A stretch of 62,314 nt of DNA, counting the filler. It is 9 parts of 9 records of this genome, joined end to end, with 100 filler letters (N's around TTAATTAATTAA, not from the genome) between each part and the next. Parts side by side here need not be neighbours in the genome. Positions count along the whole stretch, not along the records: positions 30,154 to 36,175 come from SRR31147125_160803; positions 36,276 to 41,729 come from SRR31147125_161491; positions 41,830 to 50,575 come from SRR31147125_161563; 6 more parts are not named here. The stretch is one strand, 5' to 3'. Within the stretch, counting starts at the first letter, position 1. The number at the start of each line of letters is the position of its first letter. Shown here one piece after another: positions 31,225 to 41,831 of the stretch. Below the pieces are notes generated by a model that had not been told where the DNA came from, searched no databases, and saw only the letters and a program-made list of their open reading frames with translations. A program made the position numbers and the translations under genes.

Positions 31225-32286
31225 TCAATGGCCGCCATATAGGGCGGTATCATCCATCTGGTGATATTCTTTTTCAGGCTCGGGAAAAGGTTCGTCCCTG
31301 TATATCATTTTTCGACAATCCATTTTCCCGCCAAGGGCCCCATTGAAAACTTGGGTATCCAGACATTTCCTGTAACTGATGTATTTTTCGGTTCTTTCAA
31401 TATCCCGGATCAGGCTTTCTTTGATGATTTTAAGGTCTTTTCTGTCTTTTTCCAAAAAGGTATGGGTCTGGGCCTGACGCATATGATCCAGGGCGAGTTC
31501 AAGTGCGACTTCGATTTCGTAGAACCGGGCGGCCAGCCTTTCCCATGCATCTCCATTCGCCTTTTCCAGATTCCGTATCAGGGCATGTGTCCGATTTATA
31601 ACCATTGGCAAATCCCTCTGGCTTTTCATTGCGTCTGCACGATCATCAACGGCCCTGATAATTCTTTGCTCGGCATGGTCAAGATGCTGAAGAATCCCGG
31701 GGGTGCTATACCCATGGCCCGGCGGTAATGAACGACCAGGGTCCGGCAGATTGGAGAGTCCGGCCTGCACAGCAATAATTCTTTGTTCAAGGTCCCCCAA
31801 CCGGTCTAAAATGCCCAGATTAACTTCAGGTGCATCCCCATTGCCCAATCCCTGATTTGAAGCCAGAATTTCCATTTTAACCTGGTCAAGCTTTACCATG
31901 ATCTTTCCTAAGCCATCCGGATCGTGGGTCCCCCCGCGGCCTCCGATTCGCTTCAGTACAGGCATAAGGCCGTCTATTTTTTCCTGGGAATACCCCAAAG
32001 TTTCAAGAATGCGCCTTAACCCCGTTTCGGTAGTGTCCTGCTCATTTGCGATTTTGTTCAGAATAGCTGCCACGCTCTCATCTGCTTTTTTCTGTATTGC
32101 GTCCGCATTGATTAACTCGTAATACTTTAAACCAAGAGAGCACCCCACAACCAGAATGGCGAAAAACGGTTTCCATTTTCTGGCAATATCTTTAAATGTT
32201 GTTACGGCCACGGAAACGGTGAATAAAATAAATAATATATAGCTGACAGGCCCCAACTGACCCAATAGTGACATTATTTCTTTCAT
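31225..32286 (-). CDS. hypothetical membrane-anchored helical protein
   Basis: ~350-aa ORF with two N-terminal hydrophobic segments and repeated amphipathic helices; no family recognised. Confidence 0.65.
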   Translation of the reverse strand: MKEIMSLLGQLGPVSYILFILFTVSVAVTTFKDIARKWKPFFAILVVGCSLGLKYYELINADAIQKKADESVAAILNKIANEQDTTETGLRRILETLGYSQEKIDGLMPVLKRIGGRGGTHDPDGLGKIMVKLDQVKMEILASNQGLGNGDAPEVNLGILDRLGDLEQRIIAVQAGLSNLPDPGRSLPPGHGYSTPGILQHLDHAEQRIIRAVDDRADAMKSQRDLPMVINRTHALIRNLEKANGDAWERLAARFYEIEVALELALDHMRQAQTHTFLEKDRKDLKIIKESLIRDIERTEKYISYRKCLDTQVFNGALGGKMDCRKMIYRDEPFPEPEKEYHQMDDTALYGGH

Positions 32287-32774
32287 GTTTACACCCCGGG
32301 GTAATGGCATTGCCTAAGGCTTGATCATGGACAAAGATGGATAACAAAAACCCAATGGGGTCCGACCGGACCGGACAGATACAGAAACGATCAATGCCGT
32401 GAATATTAAGATTTTGGGATTATATCAATTCCGGCCGGGCCTGTAAATCTGATCCCCCCATTTTAATGAATATCCACACACACCACCCGGGAGAGTAAAG
32501 GTGCAACGCACCGACTGGGGCAGGACTGTCATGGACGACCAGGGCCGGTCCCATCCCTGAAACCTGGCGGCCCACCTTTGCCTGAACCGCGTCCGTGTAA
32601 AGGCTGAAGCCCCGGCAATATATATGCGTTGGCCCGGCTGCCGCCTGCGGTTGCCATTTGGCAGCACCCATGGTATGTGATTTGTAATTTTATTTGTTAT
32701 CGCTAATCAAAAAATATCCAGCGATACATGAGCCCCGGGACCGGGGGATGTCAAACCTTTCAGGAGGGATCGTT

Positions 32775-34715
32775 ATGTCAATCCGATGTCTATTGTCTCT
32801 GTTCATGGGTTTAACGGCGCTGGCCATTGCCGCGTCTGCTCCTGCCGCTACAAGGCTGACCCTTCTCCACACCAATGACCTCCACTCCCATGTCATGGGG
32901 TTCTCCCCCAACAGGGACTACACCCCCATGACCACCGGGGATGACGATACGGTGGGGGGATGGGCCAGAATCGCCTCGGTGATCAAGGCGGAAAAGGCCA
33001 AAAGAAACCATCCGGTTCTGGCCCTGGATGGCGGGGATTTTCTCATGGGCACCCTCTTTCACATGGTCAGCCGTGAAGAAGCCCTGGAACTTGTGCTGAT
33101 GAAAAAAATGGGGATTGATATCACCACCCTGGGCAACCATGAGTTTGACCTGCGGCCCGAGGGGTTGGCCCGGATCCTTGAGGCGGCAGGCCGCAAGGGC
33201 GCCATGCCCCAAATTGTGGTCTCCAATCTCATATTCGACCCGGAAGACCCCAGGGATGACCGCCTGGAAGCGCTCTTCCGCCATGGGGTGGTCAAACAAT
33301 GTCAGATCATTGAACTGGGGGATATAAAAATCGGCGTATTCGGCCTGATTGGAACGGATGCGGCCGAAGTGGCCCCCTTTGCCAGCCCGGTCACCTTTGG
33401 CGACCCTGTCCAGACCGCCCGGGATATGGTGAAGCAGTTGAGGGAGGACCAGGGGGCAGACCTGGTCATCTGCCTGTCCCACAGCGGGCTGAGCCAGGAT
33501 CCGGAGAAGTCCGAAGATGAAATTATCGCCCAGAATGTGGCGGGGATCGACGTCATCATCAGCGGCCATACCCATACCCGGATGGAAAAACCCAGGGTCC
33601 GAAACAATACCGTGATCGTCCAGTCCTGGGCCTACGGCAGGCAGGTCGGGGTTCTGGACCTGGAGCTCGGGCCCAAAGGGGCGTCCCTGGCCGGGTATCA
33701 CGTCATTCCCATTGATGACACCATTCCAGGGGATGCCGGAATGACGGCCATGATCGATGCATCCGTCGACATGATCAACCAGAAGGTGCTTGCACCCTAC
33801 GACCTTAAATTTGACCAGGTGCTGGCCGAAACCGGCTTCGACCTCACCCTGGCCGAAAAGGAGACCAACCTGGGCAACCTGATCACCGATGCCATCCGGT
33901 GGAAGGTGAACCAGGTCGATACCGGTGACCGTGTGGATGTCGCCATCCAGTCCAACGGGGTAATCCGGGATCATATCATCCGGGGCAAAACCGGGGGCGT
34001 CACGGTCAGCGACCTGTTCAGGGTGGTCCCCCTGGGCATTGGCTCGGACGACACCATGAGTTACCCCCTGGTGGCCATCTATGTCACCGGTGAAGAGATG
34101 AAAAAGACGTTTGAGGTGCTGACCACGGTCTACCCTTTAAAGGGAGATGACTATTATCTCCAGGTATCAGGGGTAAAAATGACCTATAATCCGTTCCGGA
34201 TGCTCTTTGACCGGGTCACCTATCTAGGCGTTAAAGACGAAAAGGGCAATGTTCATCCCGTGGATTACTCAGGCACGGATCCCAGGCTGTACAAGGTGGT
34301 CACCAATATCTACAATGCCACCTTTTTGAAGATCATCGGCAGTTTTACCAAGGGCATCCTCACCATCGTCCCCAAGGACAGGGCGGGAAATCCCATTGAC
34401 GATCTGGCCCGGGCCAGAATTGACGGTGACAGTGATATCCCCGGTATCCAGGAGGTCAAAGACTGGACTGCCCTGATGGACTATGTGCAGACCTTTACGG
34501 ACAGGGACGGCAACGGGATACCGGAAATCCCGGACGCCTACCGCTCAGATCAGGACCGGGTGGTTGCCCAGGCCAGTATCAGCCCCCTGAAGCTTTTGGC
34601 CCGGGGCAATTATATGACCTGGCTGGCCTTTGGGGCCATTTCCCTGGGGCTTGTGTTCCTTGGACTGACCATTTACCTGCCCATAAAAATCATCCGGAAA
34701 CGAAACAATAGATAG
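32775..34715 (+). CDS. bifunctional UDP-sugar hydrolase/5'-nucleotidase with C-terminal membrane anchor
   Basis: Signal peptide; LHTNDLHSH, LDGGD, LGNHEFD, SGHTH and ETNLGNLITDA; C-terminal TM with basic tail. Confidence 0.92.
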   Translation: MSIRCLLSLFMGLTALAIAASAPAATRLTLLHTNDLHSHVMGFSPNRDYTPMTTGDDDTVGGWARIASVIKAEKAKRNHPVLALDGGDFLMGTLFHMVSREEALELVLMKKMGIDITTLGNHEFDLRPEGLARILEAAGRKGAMPQIVVSNLIFDPEDPRDDRLEALFRHGVVKQCQIIELGDIKIGVFGLIGTDAAEVAPFASPVTFGDPVQTARDMVKQLREDQGADLVICLSHSGLSQDPEKSEDEIIAQNVAGIDVIISGHTHTRMEKPRVRNNTVIVQSWAYGRQVGVLDLELGPKGASLAGYHVIPIDDTIPGDAGMTAMIDASVDMINQKVLAPYDLKFDQVLAETGFDLTLAEKETNLGNLITDAIRWKVNQVDTGDRVDVAIQSNGVIRDHIIRGKTGGVTVSDLFRVVPLGIGSDDTMSYPLVAIYVTGEEMKKTFEVLTTVYPLKGDDYYLQVSGVKMTYNPFRMLFDRVTYLGVKDEKGNVHPVDYSGTDPRLYKVVTNIYNATFLKIIGSFTKGILTIVPKDRAGNPIDDLARARIDGDSDIPGIQEVKDWTALMDYVQTFTDRDGNGIPEIPDAYRSDQDRVVAQASISPLKLLARGNYMTWLAFGAISLGLVFLGLTIYLPIKIIRKRNNR

Positions 34716-34720
34716 AACCC

Positions 34721-34750
34721 GGGGCGGCAGGTGCACACACCTGCCGCCCC
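34721..34750. terminator. hairpin between convergent genes
   Basis: GGGGCGGCAGGTG-CACA-CACCTGCCGCCCC perfect 13-bp stem. Confidence 0.7.
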
Positions 34751-34765
34751 CTCTGTCACAGGTGA

Positions 34766-35773
34766 TCAATTCCCTGAGGTGCTGTTGCTGACCGATGTTT
34801 TCAGGTATTGCTTGGGCAGAATGCCGAACCGCTTCTTAAAGGCGGAAGAAAAATGGCTGACATTCACATAGCCCACCTGCCAGGCGGTTTCACTCACATT
34901 GGTTTCGGCCCTGTCCAGCAGGGTCTTGGCCTTTTGCAGCCGGTATTCCCTGAAATAATCATACACGGTTTTTCCATACACCTCCCGGAATCCCGCCTGG
35001 AGCTTGGCCACACTCATCCCCATGGCAGAGGCCAGGTCTGCCAGGGTAGGCGGGGCATTCAGGTCTTCAACCAGGAGGGCCTCCGCCCTGGGAATCCGTT
35101 TTCGTTCCCCTTGACTTAAGCCCATCCTGGCCGGGTCCGATCCATCCATGCTCAGTTCCGCCAGGTAAAGAGAAATCAGTTCCAATACCTTGGCTTCCAG
35201 AAAAAGATGCCTGGGAAAGGCATTTACCGAATTATTCAGCACCTGGTACACCACAGCCTGAATGGCCGGGGACATGGGCCTGAAGCTGGAAATTTCCTTT
35301 TGGGGAGAGGCCCCCATCAGGGTCTTGAACACCGGCGGAAGCCATTGGGGATCATCACCCATGATGCCCTTAAAAAACGGCAGGCTCATGTGAATATGAA
35401 GAATCTGGAGGGTTTCCCGGGCAGGCACCCTGAACATGCCGGTGCGGTTGCTGGAAAAGCCGAAACCGCAGATTTTGCTGACCACCTGGATCTCCTTGCC
35501 CTGGCCTTGGGCCCTTCCCATCTTTTTATTAATATTACCGGAGATCACGAATCCGAAATCAATGACAGCGGACTCCTTTTCATATTCAAGGCAGATGGGG
35601 CCGTCAGGGGAAAAATTAATCATACTCATCCAGAGGCCCGGCCTGATGGGAATCTCCTGCCTTCCCTGGGTTTCAAAGGTGCCTAAGCCGCTTTCACCGG
35701 CGCCGGGCAGCCGCCTGAACCGGTAAAGGGGACGGCAATCAGAGGTTTCAATATAATTCACTGCCAGCCTCAT
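34766..35773 (-). CDS. AraC family transcriptional regulator (PchR-like)
   Basis: LFLEAKVLEL, PPTLADLA, KLQAGFREVYG and NVSETAWQVGY.NVSHFSSAFKKRFG. Confidence 0.92.
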   Translation of the reverse strand: MRLAVNYIETSDCRPLYRFRRLPGAGESGLGTFETQGRQEIPIRPGLWMSMINFSPDGPICLEYEKESAVIDFGFVISGNINKKMGRAQGQGKEIQVVSKICGFGFSSNRTGMFRVPARETLQILHIHMSLPFFKGIMGDDPQWLPPVFKTLMGASPQKEISSFRPMSPAIQAVVYQVLNNSVNAFPRHLFLEAKVLELISLYLAELSMDGSDPARMGLSQGERKRIPRAEALLVEDLNAPPTLADLASAMGMSVAKLQAGFREVYGKTVYDYFREYRLQKAKTLLDRAETNVSETAWQVGYVNVSHFSSAFKKRFGILPKQYLKTSVSNSTSGN

Positions 35774-36175
35774 CCTTTATAGGTAAACTCCAAAAGATAA
35801 TTATATCCCAGATCCCAATACCCGGTTTTTTCAAATCCCATCCCCCGGATGGAGTCCTCAACCTGATCCGGGGAAAGCCGCATGTGAACCGGTGGCCCGA
35901 ATGACATCTCCTCTTTTTTGCACTCCATCACGGCCAGCCGCCCTTCATCTTTAAGGATCCGGGCCACTTCCCGGTACAGCCCCCTGCCGTGTACGGACAG
36001 GTCCAGAATATGGAGCACCGTAAAAATCAGGCAGCAATCCATCCCATGGTCTTTCACCGGCAGGGGAGGCCGGGTGATATCCCCCTGCAGGGCCTGGACC
36101 TGGGGGAGCTGCTCGGCCCGGGCCGCCGCGTCAAGGGCCTGGACCGTCGGGGGCCAGTGGTCAACAGCGGCCACA
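35770..36175 (-). CDS. class I SAM-dependent methyltransferase, 5'-partial
   Basis: AVD, GDIT, TVLH, ARILK.EGRL and FGPP; ATGA overlap with the AraC gene. Confidence 0.8.
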
Positions 36176-36275
36176 NNNNNNNNNNNNNNNNNNNNNNNNN
36201 NNNNNNNNNNNNNNNNNNNTTAATTAATTAANNNNNNNNNNNNNNNNNNNNNNNNNNNNNNNNNNNNNNNNNNNN
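36176..36275. other. artificial contig spacer
   Basis: N44-TTAATTAATTAA-N44. Confidence 0.99.
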
Positions 36276-37126
36276 CCCTCAGCCAGACTCTTCGCCCCTA
36301 AGGTACGCTGAATAATCTGCTGATTAGTACACCAGTAAAATACATTCAGCAGTAGTATTCCACTAAACAGAGTCCCGAACGGAACAGATGAGTCCTCATT
36401 TCCTATTGAGTTAAACTTCTCAGGAGCAGAACTATAAAGCGTGACCAGACCTTCCCATACTCCTTCACCACCTCCAATAATACCCAACCCATAATATATT
36501 ATCAAAAATCCTCCGACAAACAGCCCAACCCCATTTATCATGTCACTGACAGCAAGACTTTTCAAGCCGCCGAATAATGAATAGATAGACCCAATAATTC
36601 CCACTACCCAGATCACCATCCACAAGACAGTAACATCTGACTCAACCCCAAGGATACTCTTCAGGTCTAAGATACCGCTCAAGCCCATCGCACTAGAATA
36701 GAGAATAATCGGTAAGAGTATGCAGATGTATGCCAATAGAAAAATAAAGTTGGCAATTTGATGGGTCGCATGATCAAACCTCAATTCAAGCAATTCAGGT
36801 ATTGTCGATATCCCGCTCTTGAGAAACTTAGGTAGAAAGTATAGTGCCATCAATATCAATGCAATAATAGCAACCACATCCCAAGCCATAACGATAATAC
36901 CATCTACAAATGAAGCACCGTTCATGCCTACCATCTGTTCTGTAGAGAGATTAGTCAGAAAAAGTGAGAGCGCAATCATAGGATACCCTAGCGACCTCCC
37001 AGCGAGAAAATATCCACTGGCAGTACTCCTGTCATGACTTCTTGTCAGCAAGTAGGCAGCCAAACCAACCAGTCCAAGAAAAACAAAGAAACTCGCAATT
37101 ATCACCCTCACTCCTTCCAGACTCAA
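36276..37126 (-). CDS. solute:sodium symporter (SSS, YidK-like), 3'-partial
   Basis: GYFLAGRSL, TNLSTEQ.VG.NG and FYWCTNQQIIQRTLGAKSL. True start may be a GTG near 37105. Confidence 0.92.
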
Positions 37127-37225
37127 GACCTCTACACATATTACACCGACATCACGGTGTAAAAAAAATTAGCACACCTTCTCCAGATGCACTAATTTTC
37201 AAAATTCATAATTTCAGTAAAAGAC

Positions 37226-38136
37226 CTACTTCTTTATATTATTGGCCTCTTCATACTCGATCAGATGCTCCGCACACTTGAGAAAGATCTCAGGCTCGAG
37301 TTTCTGCCCGCGAATATTTGGATCAATCCCTACAGCTTCTAGAAAACTGAGTACATCTTCTTTTGGCACCAGACCTTTGAGCGCATTACGCATACTCTTA
37401 CGGCGAGAATTAAAGACAGCCACACAAACCCTGCGGAGTTCTTTCCATGGAATAGCCATACGTTCTTCCAGTGGCTTAAACTCAATCCTGATAACTCCTG
37501 AATCAACCTTCGGGCGTGGCCAGAATACCTGTGGGGGAACTTTGCGTTCAATCTTGGCTTTTTTCGCACCAATTGCTGTCTTAATAGAGAGCGAACCATA
37601 ATGCTTGCTGCCTGCTTTAGCGACCATTCTCTCAGTAACTTCTAGCTGGAGAAGATATACTCCGCTATGCCACGGCAGATCAGACTCATAAATATTTGCC
37701 GAAAATGGAGTGCCAGCAGAATACGGCAGATTTGAGATACACTTGAGATTTCCACCACGTGCATCATACATCTCACGCAGACGCTCTATTACCTCAGGGT
37801 TAATATTCGACTTACCTGAAAGAATATCAGCCTCCATCATGAAGAAGTTTGGAAAAGCCGACATCTCAGATTTCGCAATCCCTGCCATACCATGATCTAA
37901 CTCTACCGCAAAAACAGTTGCTCCGGTTTTAGCGAGTTCTTTTGATAAAAACCCTGTCTTGATTCAACTTCCAGAATGATATCATGATTATTTGCCTCAC
38001 CGGTACGGGCAATAAAATTCACCTGATTCTTATCCAGCAGAAAATTCTGTCCCCAGCGAACTCTCGGACTCATTCCATGCCTCTGGAAGAGAGCCATCAG
38101 TTTTTCTTTACGCCTCAGATGCCTTGCCTGCGCCAT
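37226..38136 (-). CDS. rsmA: 16S rRNA adenine dimethyltransferase RsmA/KsgA, frameshifted at the SAM-binding motif
   Basis: WGQNFL, ILEV, [frameshift ~37960] TGFLSKEL..VFAVELD, SNLPYS, YGSLS, FWPRPKVDS and RRKSMRNAL. Confidence 0.88.
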
Positions 38137-38139
38137 TTT

Positions 38140-38673
38140 TTAATTAATCTCCTTCATTACATCAGCTGTTAACACATATATAACCTGCCCTGTATCCTGC
38201 ATAATAGGGCAGAAAAAAGTATTTACCGTTACCTTGTTCCCAGAGCCGTCCTCACGCACATATTCAGGGCTCCAGAAATTATCACCATTCTGCAATTTCT
38301 CTACAATCATAGCTCGTGTATTACCATCTACAGAGTCATAATCATAACCGTCGATAGTGATATAAGTTGTTCCATCTTTATAAATATAGTTGAAATCCTC
38401 AGCAACATGCTGAGACTTCGCAGTAGCAAAACCAGTTGCATATATGTCCGGATTCTCATGCATGAATTTCTCCAGCATCATATACACTTCATTGCGTGAG
38501 TATCTTTCATAAGGATCTACAGAATTTGCAAGCATAATAACCTGCTCCTCCAGATCATCATTAATGCCCTGACTGTTACTGACCGAGGAAGGCGATACGA
38601 CCTGCTCACAACCAGTGAAAACCAGAATAGAAACAACAAAAAGAAGAACTGCTGAAGCGATAATTTTATTCAT
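38140..38673 (-). CDS. lipoprotein with a stand-alone PDC/Cache-like sensor domain
   Basis: Lipobox FTGC; ENPDIYA, YDY, WSPEY...TFFCPI....VLTADV resemble dCache/PDC1 motifs. Confidence 0.6.
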   Translation of the reverse strand: MNKIIASAVLLFVVSILVFTGCEQVVSPSSVSNSQGINDDLEEQVIMLANSVDPYERYSRNEVYMMLEKFMHENPDIYATGFATAKSQHVAEDFNYIYKDGTTYITIDGYDYDSVDGNTRAMIVEKLQNGDNFWSPEYVREDGSGNKVTVNTFFCPIMQDTGQVIYVLTADVMKEIN

Positions 38674-38768
38674 AACACAATCTCCTTATCCCTGACACCA
38701 CAAATAATTATAATATCCCGCACTGCCTTATTCTCTAATGCTTATCACTAGCATAACCCAAGCTATCT

Positions 38769-39326
38769 TTACGGAGTCAGGAAGAGCTGAGTAGTATAGT
38801 AATCACCTTTGGCATCTCTGATTACCCCGATACCGGTATAGACAAAGGTAGGAAAAAGCATATTTTCCATATGCTCAGGTGACTGTTGCCAGCCCCAAAG
38901 CGCAGATTGCGCTGGTTCTGCTCCTGCAGAGTTATAGGCAAGGTTCTCCCCTGCCTGTGTCCACTCACTAAGCCCCGCAGACTCAAGCCTTTCCTCCAGC
39001 ACCTCACCAGTGACACCACTATGAGATATTTCCCCATGCTGTGCCATTTTCCTGCTGTAAGTTTTAGCGATTTCATCCAGCTCAGGTTTTCTTACCAGCA
39101 CCTGCTGCTGGTGTTTCTGCCGTATTCTATTTACTCCAGCAAAGATCTCACTCTCTGCCTCGACAGTACTTACAACAACATTTCTATTATTTTCACTGCC
39201 AGTTAGCACTCTATTCTTACTCGATACCATATTTTGAGTAGTACCATTATACACGATATCTTCAGAACAGCCTATAAGAAAAACGCTTCCCGTCAAAATA
39301 ATAACAATACATAAACAATTACGCAT
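38769..39326 (-). CDS. CAP (SCP) domain lipoprotein
   Basis: Lipobox LIGC; VNRIR, YSRKMA....SH, GENLA, WQQSPEHMENML, GIGV and TQLF. Confidence 0.88.
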   Translation of the reverse strand: MRNCLCIVIILTGSVFLIGCSEDIVYNGTTQNMVSSKNRVLTGSENNRNVVVSTVEAESEIFAGVNRIRQKHQQQVLVRKPELDEIAKTYSRKMAQHGEISHSGVTGEVLEERLESAGLSEWTQAGENLAYNSAGAEPAQSALWGWQQSPEHMENMLFPTFVYTGIGVIRDAKGDYYTTQLFLTP

Positions 39327-39501
39327 AAGATATTTTCCTGTAATACATCTCTGGAGTAGAAATCTGAAAATCCACACTAGCTACTTCCACTGCTTCCAGA
39401 GTATCAGTATAATTAACGACTAAACCAGCGATTGACTTTAAATCGACTCAGTTAACTAAAAAAACTTGACCTGAGCTGCTAAAAAAAGATTATATTATAA
39501 T

Positions 39502-40392
39502 ATGGATAAAAAACAACACAAAGAACAATTTACTGATAAATCAGATGAAGAGCTTGCGGCTCTCTGCAAACAAGGCATAGAAGCAGCAGAGCGTGAACTT
39601 CTCGGTCGCTATATGCAGGCAATCTACTGGCTGCCCCAACGGGTATTTGCTGCTGCAGAAGAAGAACTCTCCGGCTTTCTCATCTATGCTCTGGAAAAAA
39701 TCAGAGAACGAGATACTTTATCCAAATACAACCCAGACAAGGGAGCCCGCTTTTCAACCTGGATGGGTACTGTCATTCGTAATCTTTACCTTGACTACCT
39801 CAGAAGCCTCCCGACAGAGCCCTATAACCTCGAACTTGAAGAGAACGCAATAACAAGTCCGGTAAACCGCAGAGAGAACGAGCGCAAAAGCCTGCTTGAC
39901 CTCATGCTGACTAAATGTCGTGTTATTTTCAAACTCCTTCTCTGTGATACCTTCTTTTTAGAAAGTGACGAGATCAAGTGGATCGCAGAAGAGAGCGGCG
40001 AATCCCTTGTAAAAACAGCCGAAAATATCGCTAAACTTGAAGAAAACCTGAGAAAAGGTGAAGAAAAACTACAACACCGCTACGACAAACTTTCCAAGGC
40101 ATATTACTGGAAGACTGTCTATGAGAAGAAACTCGGCGCATTCGAAAAATCAACCGGCAACCTTTCAGATGATCAAAAGAAAGAACTCGAAGTAGTTGAA
40201 AGAAAATTAGATAAACGAAAAAAAGAATATGATAATATTCTTGAAGATCTTTCAGGTATGGGAGGGATTGTTACTGCTCCATATCGAGAACTTGCAAAAT
40301 TACTCAACACCAGCGAAGGAACGCTTGCCAGTAATATAAGCCGCTGCCGCTCAGGTGCAGCAGACCTATTACGCAAATTACGGCAGAATTAA
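39502..40392 (+). CDS. ECF-like sigma-70 factor with a long insertion in region 4
   Basis: Region 2 SDEEL...ARFSTWM..VIRNLYLDYLR; C-terminal HTH YRELAKLLNTSEGTLASNISR. Confidence 0.82.
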   Translation: MDKKQHKEQFTDKSDEELAALCKQGIEAAERELLGRYMQAIYWLPQRVFAAAEEELSGFLIYALEKIRERDTLSKYNPDKGARFSTWMGTVIRNLYLDYLRSLPTEPYNLELEENAITSPVNRRENERKSLLDLMLTKCRVIFKLLLCDTFFLESDEIKWIAEESGESLVKTAENIAKLEENLRKGEEKLQHRYDKLSKAYYWKTVYEKKLGAFEKSTGNLSDDQKKELEVVERKLDKRKKEYDNILEDLSGMGGIVTAPYRELAKLLNTSEGTLASNISRCRSGAADLLRKLRQN

Positions 40393-40408
40393 CAGGAATA
40401 AGGATATT

Positions 40409-41194
40409 ATGGATAAACCTCTCTTGACACTGGAAGAACTATCACGTCTGCTAGACGATGAACTCTCACCCAAGGAAAAAGAAACAATCGAGAAGAAACT
40501 ACGTAATTGTACTACGTCTCAACAACTATTTGCAAGATTGAAAGAGCTTACCGAAGAGGTAGCCCGCAGTATCCTCAATGCAGAGCATGATTTTGTCACA
40601 GACAAGACTGACAACTGCCTTACAGACGATGAGATAATCAATATTGTTGAACATAAAACCTCACCAAAAGACCTCCAACGGATCGAGAAACACCTTGCAG
40701 GCTGCCGACGCTGCCTCCTGCTTACCATGCAGCATATCCGTACTTCAGTCAGTATGAACGCCAATAACTGGCAGGAACTGCCAGAAAATATCAGAAAAGA
40801 TTCCCGTGTTGCGGTAGTGAGCAAAATAAAAAGACCGGAACACTGCATAGAAATAACCAATGAAAAGATCGGCGAACTGAGTATCGATATGGATAGACCG
40901 CCTAGCAGTATCACACGTGAATTCGGCAAAGGCAATTACGGAGCAGAGCTCACAATCTCACGTAAAGGAAGTGATGTTGCCAACCTGGAAATACTCTACA
41001 CCTTCAAGAAAGAACCTCGACAGCAGATAGAATTCATCCTTACCGAACTTCCACTCGGAAAAGCAATTTTCAGAGGTCTTACAGGCACAAATGGCAAGAT
41101 GCTTATCCGCCGTATCCAGCCTGGCAGCTACCTCCTAAGCCTCAAAGAAATAGATGGCGTAATCGAGATAAATGTTATTGCTGAAAACAGGTAG
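40409..41194 (+). CDS. putative soluble zinc-finger (zf-HC2) anti-sigma factor
   Basis: Tandem N-terminal units ELSRLLDDELS...KLRNCTTS and DEIIN...HLAGCRRC; no TM; C-terminal beta-rich domain (LTGTNGK..IRRIQPGSYLL). Confidence 0.72.
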   Translation: MDKPLLTLEELSRLLDDELSPKEKETIEKKLRNCTTSQQLFARLKELTEEVARSILNAEHDFVTDKTDNCLTDDEIINIVEHKTSPKDLQRIEKHLAGCRRCLLLTMQHIRTSVSMNANNWQELPENIRKDSRVAVVSKIKRPEHCIEITNEKIGELSIDMDRPPSSITREFGKGNYGAELTISRKGSDVANLEILYTFKKEPRQQIEFILTELPLGKAIFRGLTGTNGKMLIRRIQPGSYLLSLKEIDGVIEINVIAENR

Positions 41195-41251
41195 AGTGCA
41201 ACACAATCTGCTTGCATTATAATAAACACTCAGATAGTTTATAAATAACAA

Positions 41252-41729
41252 TTATTCTTTTCTTTTACGTGGCATTCCAAGGCGACATACAGCCTCAGGA
41301 GTTATCAGGCTGTCAAATTTCTCGCCAGTAAGATACCCTTCTGCAATTGCAACCTCCCTGACAGTCTGCCCCTCAGCAGCAGCTTTACCCGCAATTTCAC
41401 TACACTCAGAATAACTCAACTCCCCAAGCAGTGCAGTAACCACTGCCGTACTTGTCTGCACACTTCTTGCACACTCAGTTGTATTTGCAGTAATCCCGAC
41501 AACACACTTCCCACCAAGCATCCTCGCCGCTTTAGTCAAAACCTCAATAGACTCCAGTAATTTATCAGCAATCAACGGCAAAAACGGGTTGAGTTCAAGC
41601 GAACCAGCACTCACTGCCTGCGCAATAATCTGATCATTACCCATAACCAGCATCGCCGCCTGCGAAACAGCTTCCGGAATAACCGGATTGACCTTTGTCG
41701 GCATAATTGAGGAACCAGCCTGCATCGGT
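41252..41729 (-). CDS. aspA: aspartate ammonia-lyase, 5'-partial
   Basis: Fumarate-lyase signature GSSIMPTKVNPVIPE and GSLELNPF.P. Confidence 0.85.
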
Positions 41730-41829
41730 NNNNNNNNNNNNNNNNNNNNNNNNNNNNNNNNNNNNNNNNNNNNTTAATTAATTAANNNNNNNNNNNNNNN
41801 NNNNNNNNNNNNNNNNNNNNNNNNNNNNN
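41730..41829. other. artificial contig spacer
   Basis: N44-TTAATTAATTAA-N44. Confidence 0.99.
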
Positions 41830-41831
41830 TT

